From the NCBI RefSeq assembly GCF_009914755.1, contig NC_060948.1: 64,000 nt of DNA; one strand, given 5' to 3'. This stretch comes from the human T2T-CHM13v2.0 reference genome, Homo sapiens. The notes under the pieces were generated by a model. The model saw only the letters and a program-made list of their open reading frames with translations. It did no database searches and was not told the DNA's origin. Both the position numbers and the translations under genes were made by a program. This document shows positions 28,101-41,100 of this stretch, in pieces (the stretch's first letter is position 1; each line of letters opens with the position of its first letter).

Positions 28101-28622
28101 CTGGAATGGAATGTACATGAATGGAATGTAATCGCATGGAAAGCAATCCAATGGAATAGAATCTAATGCAATAAAATCGACTCAAATAGAGTAGAATGTA
28201 ATGGAATGGAGTGCAGTGCAATGGAATGGAATGGAATGCAACGGAATGGAATGGAATGGAATGGAATGGGATGGAATGGTATGGAATGGATAGTAATGGA
28301 CTGGAGTGAAATGGACTGGAAAAGAATGGACTCAAATTGAAAGGGCTCGAAAGGAATGGAGTCAAATGGAATGGTCTGGAATGGAATGAACACGAATGTA
28401 ATGCAATCCAATAGAATGGAATCGAATGGCATAGAATATAAAGAAATGGAATCGAAGAGAATGGAAACAAATGGAATGGAATGGAATTGAATGGAATGGG
28501 AACGAATGGAGTGAAATTGTATGCAGTAGAAGAGAATAGAATGGAATGCAAGCGAAAGGAAAGGAATGGATTGGAATGGAATGGAATTCATTGGAATGGA
28601 AGGGAATGTAGTGTAATGGACA
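25124..28622. repeat. DYZ1 unit U8 (3499 bp, type B)
   Basis: GGCC 25124 to 28623. B markers present, with a 5-bp deletion near 26135 and a 10-bp deletion near 28480. Confidence 0.85.
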
Positions 28623-31600
28623 GGCCTGGAATAAAGTGGAATGCTACGGTCTCGAATGGAATAAAAATGTATGGAATGGAATGCAATGAAACGGAATCGA
28701 ATGTCATAGAATGTAATGGAATGCAAAAAAATGGAATCCAAAATCATTGACTGGAAAGGCTGGGTGTCGAAAGGAATTGACTCCAATGGAATGGAATCGA
28801 ATGGAATGGAAGTGAATAGAATCGAACTAAATCGAATGGAATGGAATTGATAGGAACGGAATGGAAAGGAATGCAATGATTTGGCATGGAATGGAATCGA
28901 AAGGCATCGAATGGAATGGAATGGAATGCAATGGAATGGAATGTATTAGAATGTAATGAACATTAATGGAAAGTACTCGAATGGATTCGACTGGAATGGA
29001 ATGTTCTGGAAGTGAATGGACTCCAATGGAATGGATTCGAAAGGAATGGAATCGAACGGAATGGAATTAAACGGAAATGAATCAAATAGAATAGAACGGA
29101 ATTGAATTGAATGGAATCGAATGCAATGGAATCTAATGAAACGGAAAGGAATGGAATGGAATGGGCTGGAATGGAATGGAATCGAAACGAATGGAATGGA
29201 ATCGAACTGAAGAGACTGGAATGGAATGCACTGGAATGGAAGGGAATGTAATGGAAGGTTCTCGAAAAAAATGGAATCGAAAGGAATGGAATTGAATGGA
29301 ACGGAATAGAGTCGAATGGAATTCAATGGAATGGAATGGACTAGAGTGAAATGGAATCGAACCACAAGGAATGGACAGGAATAGAATGGTCTCGAATTGA
29401 ATGGAATCGTATGGAATGGCATCAAACGGAATGGAATGGACGGCCACGGAATGGAATGCACTCGAATGCAATGGAGTCGAAACTAATGGACTGGAATAGA
29501 ATGGACTCGACTGGTACGGACTCCAATGGAATGGAATCGAATGGAAGGGAATCGAACGGAATGGACTCGAAGGGAAAAGACTGCAATGGAAAGGTCTCGA
29601 ATGGAATGGAAATTAATGGAATGGAATGGAATCGAATGAAATGGAGTCAAAAGGAATGGAATCGAATGGCAAGAAATCGAATGTAATGGAATCGCAAGGA
29701 ATTGATGTGAACGGAACGGAATGGAATGGAATCCAAAGGAATGGAATAGAATGGAATGGAATCGAATGGAAAGGACTCGAATGGAAATCACTCGAATAGA
29801 ATGCAATTTAATAAAATAGGATCAAATGTAATGGAATGGAATGGAAAGGAATCGAAACGAAAGGAATGGAGACAGATGGAATGGAATGGAACAGAGAGCA
29901 ATGGTATAGAATGGAATGGAATCATCTGGAATGGAATTGAATGGAATGGAATAATATGAAATGGAATGGAATGGAATGGAATACCCTTGAATTAAATGGA
30001 CTGGAATGGAATGGACTCGAACAGAGTGGAATGGAAAGTGTTGAAATAGAATGGAATGGACTCGTTTGGAATGGTCTAGTATGCAATGCAATCGACTGGC
30101 AGGGAATCAAAAGGAATGTAATCGAATGGATTGGACTGGAATGCAATGGACTCGAATAGATTGGAAACGGAAAGCAAAGGAATGGAATGGAATAGTATGG
30201 AATGGAATGCAAAGGAATGGAGTGGAATAGACTAGAGTGGAATGGAATGGACTCGAAAGCAATGGACTGGAATGGAACTTTCTTGAATGGACTGGAATCA
30301 AACGGAATGGAATGCAATGCAATCAAATGGCATGGAATAAAATAGAATGAAAGAGAATCAAATGGAATTGAATCGAATGGAATCGAATGGATTGGAAAGG
30401 AATAGAATGGAATGGAATGGAATTGACTCAAATGGAATGGACTAGAATGGAATGGATTCGAATGGAAGGCAAAGGAATGGAATCTATTGGAATGGACTGT
30501 AATGGAATGGAATGGAAGGGATTGTAATGGACTCGAATGGAATGGACTGCAGTAGAAAGGATTCGAATGGAATGAAAAAGAATTGAATGTAATAGAACAG
30601 AATGGAATCAAATCGAATGAAATGGAATGGAATAGAAAGGAATGGAATGAAATGGAATGGAAAGGATTCGAATGGAATGCAATCGAATGGAATGAAATCG
30701 AATGGAATGGAATCGAACGGAATGGAATAAAATGGAAGAAAACTGGCAAGAAATGGAATCGAAATGAATGGAGTGTTACGGAACGGACTCAAAAGGAATT
30801 GAATGTAATAGAATGGAGTGGAGTGGACTCGAATATAATGGACTAGAATGGAATGAAATCACATGGAATGGGAACGAATGGAATGGAATGGAAAGGAATG
30901 GAATCGAATGGAAAGGAATCGAATGGAAGGGAATGAAATTGAATCAACAGGAATGGAAGGGAGTAGAATAGACGGTAATGGAATGGACTCGAATAGAATG
31001 GACACGAATGCTCAAATTGAATGGACTCGAATGGAATGGCAACGAAAGGAATGTCATCGAATGGAATTGAATGGTTGGAATGAAATCACATAGAATGGAG
31101 TGGAATCAAATGGAATTGAATCGAAAGGAAAGGAAGCGAATGGACTGAAATGAAATGGAATGGAATTGAATGGAAATTAATGCAATGGAATAGAATGGAA
31201 CGAAATTTCACGGAATGGAATCAAACTGAATGGAATCAAATCAATGGAATATAATCAAATGGAATGGAAAGGAATTGAATGGAGTAGATTGGATTGGATG
31301 GGATTGGAATGAAATGTACTGGAAAGGACTCGAATTTCATGAAACGGAATGGAATGAATTAGAACGGAATGGACTCGAATGGAATGGAATGTCATGGAAT
31401 GGCATCAAATGGAATGGAATCGAATGCAATGGAATGCTTTGGAATGGAATGGAATGCATTGGAATGGAATGTCCTCTAATGGAATGTATTCGAGTGGAAT
31501 GGAATCGAATATAATGGAGTCTAATGAAATGGAATTGAAAGGAATGGGACCGAATACAATGGAATATACTGGAATGTAATGTAATGAACTCGAATGTAAT

Positions 31601-32135
31601 TGACTGGAATGGAATGTACATGAATGGAATGTAATCGAATGGAAAGCAATCCAATGGAATAGAATCTAATGCAATAAAATCGACTCAAATAGAGTAGAAT
31701 GTAATGGAATGGAGTGCAGTGCAATGGAATGGAATGGAATGGAATGCAATGGAATGGAATGGAATGGAATGGGATGGAATGGTATGGAATGGATAGTAAT
31801 GGACTGGAGTGAAATGGACTGGAAAAGAATGGACTCAAATTGAAAGGGCTCGAAAGGAATGGAGTCAAATGGAATGGTCTGGAATGGAATGAACACGAAT
31901 GTAATGCAATCCAATAGAATGGAATCGAATGGCATGGAATATAAAGAAATGGAATCGAAGAGAATGGAAACAAATGGAATGGAATTGAATGGAATGGAAT
32001 TGAATGGAATGGGAACGAATGGAGTGAAATTGTATGCAGTAGAAGAGAATAGAATGGAATGCAAGCGAAAGGAAAGGAATGGATTGGAATGGAATGGAAT
32101 TCATTGGAATGGAAGGGAATGTAGTGTAATGGACA
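28623..32135. repeat. DYZ1 unit U9 (3513 bp, C/D hybrid)
   Basis: GGCC 28623 to 32136. C markers extend to ~31075 (GGCC 29442, CTGCAG 30547, 1-bp deletion ~31073); the sequence is D-like after that. Confidence 0.8.
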
Positions 32136-35100
32136 GGCCTGGAATAAAGTGGAATGCTACGGTCTCGAATGGAATAAAAATGTATGGAACGGAATGCAAT
32201 GAAACGGAATCGAATGTCATAGAATGTAATGGAATGCAAAAAAATGGACTCCAAAATCATTGACTGGAAAGGCTGGGTGTCGAAAGGAATTGACTCCAAT
32301 GGAATGGAATCGAATGGAATGGAAGTGAATAGAATCGAACTAAATCGAATGGAATGGAATTCATAGGAACGGAATGGAAAGGAATGCAATGATTTGGCAT
32401 GGAATGGAATCGAATGGCATCGAATGGAATGGAATGGAATGCAATGGAATGGAATGTATTAGAATGTAATGAACTTTAATGGAATGTACTCGAATGGATT
32501 CGACTGGAATGGAATGTTCTCGAAGTGAATGGACTCCAATGGAATGGATTCGAAAGGAATGGAATCTAATGGAATGGAATTAAATGGAAATGAATCAAAT
32601 TGAATAGAACGGAATTGAATTGAATGGAATCGAATGCAATGGAATCTAATGAAACGGAAAGGAAAGGAATGGAATGGATTGGAATGGAATGGGCTGGAAT
32701 GGAATGGAATCGAAACGAATGGAATGGAATCGAACTGAAGAGACTGGAATGGAATGCACTGGAATGGAAGGGAATGTAATGGAAGGTTCTCGAAAAAAAT
32801 GGAATCGAAAGGAATGGAATTGAATGGAACGGAATAGAGTCGAATGGAATTCAATGGAATGGAATGGACTAGAGTGAAATGGAATCGAACCACAAGGAAT
32901 GGACAGGAATAGAATGGTCTCGAATTGAATGGAATCGTATGGAATGGCATCAAACGGAATGGAATGGACAGCCACGGAATGGAATGGACACCCACGGAAT
33001 GGAATGCACTCGAATGCAATGGAGTCGACACTAATGGACTGGAATAGAATGGACTCGACTGGTACGGACTCCAATGGAATGGAATCGAATGGAAGGGAAT
33101 CGAAAGGAATGGACTCGAAGGGAAAAGACTGCAATGGAAAGGTCTCGAATGGAATGGAAATTAATGGAATGGAATGGAATCGAATGAAATGGAGTCAAAA
33201 GGAATGGAATCGAATGGCAAGAAATCGAATGTAATGGAATCGCAAGGAATTGATGTGAACGGAACGGAATGGAATGGAATCCAAAAGAATGGAATAGAAT
33301 GGAATGGAATCGAATGGAAAGGACTCGAATGGAAATCACTCGAATAGAATGCAATTTAATAAAATAGGATCAAATGTAATGGAATGGAATGGAAAGGAAT
33401 CGAAACGAAAGGAATGGAGACAGATGGAATGGAATGGAACAGAGAGCAATGGTATAGAATGGAATGGAATCATCTGGAATGGAATTGAATGGAATGGAAT
33501 AATATGAAATGGAATGGAATGGAATGGAATGCCCTTGAATTAAATGGACTGGAATGCAATGGACTCGAACAGAGTGGAATGGAAAGTGTTGAAATAGAAT
33601 GGAATGGACTCGTTTGGAATGGTCTAGTATGCAATGCAATCGACTGGCAGGGAATCAAAAGGAATGTAATCGAATGGATTGGACTGGAATGCAATGGACT
33701 CGAATAGATTGGAAGCGGAAAGCAAAGGAATGGAATGGAATAGTATGGAATGGAATGCAAAGGAATGGAGTGGAATAGACTAGAGTGGAATGGAATGGAC
33801 TCGAAAGCAATGGACTGGAATGGAACTTTCTTGAATGGACTGGAATCAAACGGAATGGAATGCAATGCAATCAAATGGCATGGAATAAAATAGAATGAAA
33901 GAGAATCAAATGGAATTGAATCGAATGGAATCGAATGGATTGGAAAGGAATAGAATGGAATGGAATGGAATTGACTCAAATGGAATGGACTAGAATGGAA
34001 TGGATTCGAATGGAAGGCAAAGGAATGGAATCTATTGGAATGGACTGTAATGGAATGGAATGGAAGGGATTGGAATGGACTCGAATGGAATGCGCTGCAA
34101 TAGAAAGGATTCGAATGGAATGAAAAAGAATTGAATGGAATAGAACAGAATGGAATCAAATCGAATGAAATGGAATGGAATAGAAAGGAATGCAATGAAA
34201 TGGAATGGAAAGGATTCCAATGGAATGCAATCGAATGGAATGAAATCGAATGGAATGGAATCGAACGGAATGGAATAAAATGGAAGAAAACTGGCAAGAA
34301 ATGGAGTCGAAATGAATGGAGTGTTATGGAACGGACTCAAAAGGAATTGAATGTAATAGAATGGAGTGGAGTGGACTCGAATATAATGGACTGGAGTGGA
34401 ATGAAATCACATGGAATGGGAACGAATGGAATGGAATGGAAAGGAATGGAATCGAATGGAAAGGAATCGAATGGAAGGGAATGAAATTGAATCAACAGGA
34501 ATGGAAGGGAGTAGAATCGACGGTAATGGAATGGACTCGAATAGAATGGACACGAATGCTCAAATTGAATGGACTCGAATGGAATGGAAACGAAAGGAAT
34601 GTCATCGAATGGAATTGAATCGATTGGAATGAAATCACATAGAATGGAGTGGAATCAAATGGAATTGAATCGAAAGGAAAGGAAGCGAATGGACTGAAAT
34701 GAAATGGAATGGAATTGAATGGAAATTAATGCAATGGAATAGAATGGAACGAAATTTCACGGAATGGAATCAAACTGAATGGAATCAAATCAATGGAATA
34801 TAATCAAATGGAATGGAAAGGAATTGAATGGAGTAGATTGGATTGGATGGGATTGGAATGAAATGTACTGGAAAGGACTCGAATTTCATGAAACGGAATG
34901 GAATGAATTAGAACGGAATGGACTCGAATGGAATGGAATGTCATGGAATGGCATCAAATGGAATGGAATCGAATGCGATGGAATGCTATGGAATGGAATG
35001 GAATGCATTGGAATGGAATGTCCTCTAATGGAATGGATTCGAGTGGAATGGAATCGAATATAATGGAGTCTAATGAAATAGAATTGAAAGGAATGGGACC

Positions 35101-38100
35101 GAATACAATGGAATATACTGGAATGTAATGTAATGAACTCGAATGTAATTGACTGGAATGGAATGTACATGAATGGAATGTAATCGAATGGAAAGCAATC
35201 CAATGGAATAGAATCTAATGCAATAAAATCGAGTCAAATAGAGTAGAATGTAATGGAATGGAGTGCAGTGCAATGGAATGGAATGGAATGGAATGCAATG
35301 GAATGGAATGGAATGGGATGGAATGGTATGGAATGGATAGTAATGGACTGGAGTGAAATGGACTGGAAAAGAATGGACTCAAATTGAAAGGGCTCGAAAG
35401 GAATGGAGTCAAATGGAATGGTCTGGAATGGAATGAACACGAATGTAATGCAATCCAATAGAATGGAATCGAATGGCATGGAATATAAAGAAATGGAATC
35501 GAAGAGAATGGAAACAAATGGAATGGAATTGAATGGAATGGAATTGAATGGAATGAGAACGAATGGAGTGAAATTGTATGCAGTAGAAGAGAATAGAATG
35601 GAATGCAAGCGAAAGGAAAGGAATGGATTGGAATGGAATGGAATTCATTGGAATGGAAGGGAATGTAGTGTAATGGACAGGCCTGGAATAAAGTGGAATG
35701 CTACGGTCTCGAATGGAATAAAAATGTATGGAATGGAATGCAATGAAACGGAATCGAATGTCATAGAATGTAATGGAATGCAAAAAAATGGAATCCAAAA
35801 TCATTGACTGGAAAGGCTGGGTGTCGAAAGGAATTGACTCCAATGGAATGGAATCGAATGGAATGGAAGTGAATAGAATCGAACTAAATCGAATGGAATG
35901 GAATTGATAGGAACGGAATGGAAAGGAATGCAATGATTTGGCATGGAATGGAATCGAATGGCATCGAATGGAATGGAATGGAATGCAATGGAATGGAATG
36001 TATTAGAATGTAATGAACTTTAATGGAATGTACTCGAATGGATTCGACTGGAATGGAATGTTCTCGAAGTGAACGGACTCCAATGGAATGGATTCGAAAG
36101 GAATGGAAACTAATGGAATGGAATTAAACGGAAATGAATCAAATAGAATAGAACGGAATTGAATTGAATGGAATCGAATGCAATGGAATCTAATGAAACG
36201 GAAAGGAATGGAATGGAATGGGCTGGAATGGAATGGAATCGAAACGAATGGAATGGAATCGAACTGAAGAGACTGGAATGGAATGCACTGGAATGGAAGG
36301 GAATGTAATGGAAGGTTCTCGAAAAAAATGGAATCGAAAGGAATGGAATTGAATGGAACGGAATAGAGTCGAATGGAATTCAATGGAATGGAATGGACTA
36401 GAGTGAAATGGAATCGAACCACAAGGAATGGACAGGAATAGAATGGTCTCGAATTGAATGGAATCGTATGGAATGGCATCAAACGGAATGGAATGGACAG
36501 CCACGGAATGGAATGGACACCCACGGAATGGAATGCACTCGAATGCAATGGAGTCGACACTAATGGACTGGAATAGAATGGACTCGACTGGTACGGACTC
36601 CAATGGAATGGAATCGAATGGAAGGGAATCGAAAGGAATGGACTCGAAGGGAAAAAACTGCAATGGAAAGGTCTCCAATGGAATGGAAATTAATGGAATG
36701 GAATGGAATCGAATGAAATGGAGTCAAAAGGAATGGAATCGAATGGCAAGAAATCGAATGTAATGGAATCGCAAGGAATTGATGTGAACGGAACGGAATG
36801 GAATGGAATCCAAAGGAATGGAATAGAATGGAATGGAATCGAATGGAAAGGACTCGAATGGAAATCACTCGAATAGAATGCAATTTAATAAAATAGGATC
36901 AAATGTAATGGAATGGAATGGAAAGGAATCGAAACGAAAGGAATGGAGACAGATGGAATGGAATGGAACAGAGAGCAATGGTATAGAATGGAATGGAATC
37001 ATCTGGAATGGAATTGAATGGAATGGAATAATATGAAATGGAATGGAATGGAATGGAATGCCCTTGAATTAAATGGACTGGAATGCAATGGACTCGAACA
37101 GAGTGGAATGGAAAGTGTTGAAATAGAATGGAATGGACTCGTTTGGAATGGTCTAGTATGCAATGCAATCGACTGGCAGGGAATCAAAAGGAATGTAATC
37201 GAATGGATTGGACTGGAATGCAATGGACTCGAATAGATTGGAAACGGAAAGCAAAGGAATGGAATGGAATAGTATGGAATGGAATGCAAAGGAATGGAGT
37301 GGAATAGACTAGAGTGGAATGGAATGGACTCAAAAGCAATGGACTGGAATGGAACTTTCTTGAATGGACTGGAATCAAACGGAATGGAATGCAATGCAAT
37401 CAAATGGCATGGAATAAAATAGAATGAAAGAGAATCAAATGGAATTGAATCGAATGGAATCGAATGGATTGGAAAGGAATAGAATGGAATGGAATGGAAT
37501 TGACTCAAATGGAATGGACTAGAATGGAATGGATTCGAATGGAAGGCAAAGGAATGGAATCTATTGGAATGGACTGTAATGGAATGGAATGGAAGGGATT
37601 GGAATGGACTCGAATGGAATGGACTGCAGTAGAAAGGATTCGAATGGAATGAAAAAGAATTGAATGGAATAGAACAGAATGGAATCAAATCGAATGAAAT
37701 GGAATGCAATAGAAAGGAATGGAATGAAATGGAATGGAAAGGATTCGAATGGAATGCAATCGAATGGAATGCAATCGAATGGAATGGAATCGAACGGAAT
37801 GGAATAAAATGGAAGAAAACTGGCAAGAAATGGAATCGAAATGAATGGAGTGTTATGGAACGGACTCAAAAGGAATTGAATGTAATAGAATGGAGTGGAG
37901 TGGACTCGAATATAATGGACTGGAATGGAATGAAATCACATGGAATGGGAACGAATGGAATGGAATGGAAAGGAATGGAATCGAATGCAAAGGAATCGAA
38001 TGGAAGGGAATGAAATTGAATCAACAGGAATGGAAGGGAGTAGAATAGACGGTAATGGAATGGACTCGAAGAGAATGGACACGAATGCTCAAATTGAATG

Positions 38101-41100
38101 GACTCGAATGGAATGGCAACGAAAGGAATGTCATCGAATGGAATTGAATCGATTGGAATGAAATCACATAGAATGGAGTGGAATCAAATGGAATTGAATC
38201 GAAAGGAAAGGAAGCGAATGGACTGAAATGAAATGGAATGGAATTGAATGGAAATTAATTCAATGGCATAGAATGGAACGAAATTTCACGGAATGGAATC
38301 AAACTGAATGGAATCAAATCAATGGAATATAATCAAATGGAATGGAAAGGAATTGAATGGAGTAGATTGAATTGGATGGGATTGGAATGAAATGTACTGG
38401 AAAGGACTCGAATTTCATGAAACGGAATGGAATGAATTAGAACGGAATGGACTCGAATGGAATGGAATTTCATGGAATGGCATCAAATGGAATGGAATCG
38501 AATGCGATGGAATGCTATGGAATGGAATGGAATGCATTGGAATGGAATGTCCTCTAATGGAATGTATTCGAGTGGAATGGAATCGAATATAATGGAGTCT
38601 AATGAAATGGAATTGAAAGGAATGGGACCGAATACAATGGAATATACTGGAATGTAATGTAATGAACTCGAATGTAATTGACTGGAATGGAATGTACATG
38701 AATGGAATGTAATCGAATGGAAAGCAATCAAATGGAATAGAATCTAATGCAATAAAATCGACTCAAATAGAGTAGAATGTAATGGAATGGAGTGCAGTGC
38801 AATGGAATGGAATGGAATGGAATGCAATGGAATGGAATGGAATGGAATGGGATGGAATGGTATGGAATGGATAGTAATGGACTGGAGTGAAATGGACTGG
38901 AAAAGAATGGACTCAAATTGAAAGGGCTCGAAAGGAATGGAGTCAAATGGAATGGTCTGGAATGGAATGAACATGAATGTAATGCAATCCAATAGAATGG
39001 AATCGAATGGCATGGAATATAAAGAAATGGAATCGAAGAGAATGGAAACAAATGGAATGGAATTGAATGGAATGGAATTGAATGGAATGGGAACGAATGG
39101 AGTGAAATTGTATGCAGTAGAAGAGAATAGAATGGAATGCAAGCGAAAGGAAAGGAATGGATTGGAATGGAATGGAATTCATTGGAATGGAAGGGAATGT
39201 AGTGTAATGGACAGGCCTGGAATAAAGTGGAATGCTACGGTCTCGAATGGAATAAAAATGTATGGAATGGAATGCAATGAAACGGAATCGAATGTCATAG
39301 AATGTAATGGAATGCAAAAAAATGGACTCCAAAATCATTGACTGGAAAGGCTGGGTGTCGAAAGGAATTGACTCCAATGGAATGGAATCGAATGGAATGG
39401 AAGTGAATAGAATCGAACTAAATCGAATGGAATGGAATTGATAGGAACGGAATGGAAAGGAATGCAATGATTTGGCATGGAATGGAATCGAATGGCATCG
39501 AATGGAATGGAATGGAATGCAATGGAATGGAATGTATTAGAATGTAATGAACTTTAATGGAATGTACTCGAATGGATTCGACTGGAATGGAATGTTCTCG
39601 AAGTGAATGGACTCCAATGGAATGGATTCGAAAGGAATGGAATCTAATGGAATGGAATTAAATGGAAATGAATCAAATTGAATAGAACGGAATTGAATTG
39701 AATGGAATCGAATGCAATGGAATCTAATGAAACGGAAAGGAAAGGAATGGAATGGATTGGAATGGAATGGGCTGGAATGGAATGGAATCGAAACGAATGG
39801 AATGGAATCGAACTGAAGAGACTGGAATGGAATGCACTGGAATGGAAGGGAATGTAATGGAAGGTTCTCGAAAAAAATGGAATCGAAAGGAAAGGAACTG
39901 AATGGAACGGAATAGAGTCGAATGGAATTCAATGGAATGGAATGGACTAGAGTGAAATGGAATCGAACCACAAGGAATGGACAGGAATAGAATGGTCTCG
40001 AATTGAATGGAATCGTATGGAATGGCATCACACGGAATGGAATGGACAGCCACGGAATGGAATGGACACCCACGGAATGGAATGCACTCGAATGCAATGG
40101 AGTCGACACTAATGGACTGGAATAGAATGGACTCGACTGGTACGGACTCCAATGGAATGGAATCGAATGGAAGGGAATCGAACGGAATGGACTCGAAGGG
40201 AAAAGGCTGCAATGGAAAGGTCTCCAATGGAATGGAAATTAATGGAATGGAATGGAATCGAATGAAATGGAGTCAAAAGGAATGGAATCGAATGGCAAGA
40301 AATCGAATGTAATGGAATCGCAAGGAATTGATGTGAACGGAACGGAATGGAATGGAATCCAAAGGAATGGAATAGAATGGAATGGAATCGAATGGAAAGG
40401 ACTCGAATGGAAATCACTCGAATAGAATGCAATTTAATAAAATAGGATCAAATGTAATGGAATGGAATGGAAAGGAATCGAAACGAAAGGAATGGAGACA
40501 GATGGAATGGAATGGAACAGAGAGCAATGGTATAGAATGGAATGGAATCATCTGGAATGGAAGTGAATGGAATGGAATAATATGAAACGGAATGGAATTT
40601 AATGGAATGGAATGCCCTTGTATTAAATGGACTGGAATGGAATGGACTCGAACAGAGTGGAATGGAAAGTGTTGAAATAGAATGGAATGGACTCGTTTGG
40701 AATGGTCTAGTATGCAATGCAATCGACTGGCAGGGAATCAAAAGGAATGTAATCGAATGGATTGGACTGGAATGCAATGGACTCGAATAGATTGGAAACG
40801 GAAAGCAAAGGAATGGAATGGAATAGTATGGAATGGAATGGAAAGGAATGGAGAGGAATAGACTAGAGTGGAATGGAATGGACTCGAAAGCAATGGACTG
40901 GAATGGAACTTTCTTGAATGGACTGGAATCAAACGGAATGGAATGCAATGCAATCAAATGGCATGGAATAAAATAGAATGAAAGAGAATCAAATGGAATT
41001 GAATCGAATGGAATCGAATGGATTGGAAAGGAATAGAATGGAATGGAATGGAATTGACTCAAATGGAATGGACTAGAATGGAATGGATTCGAATGGAAGG

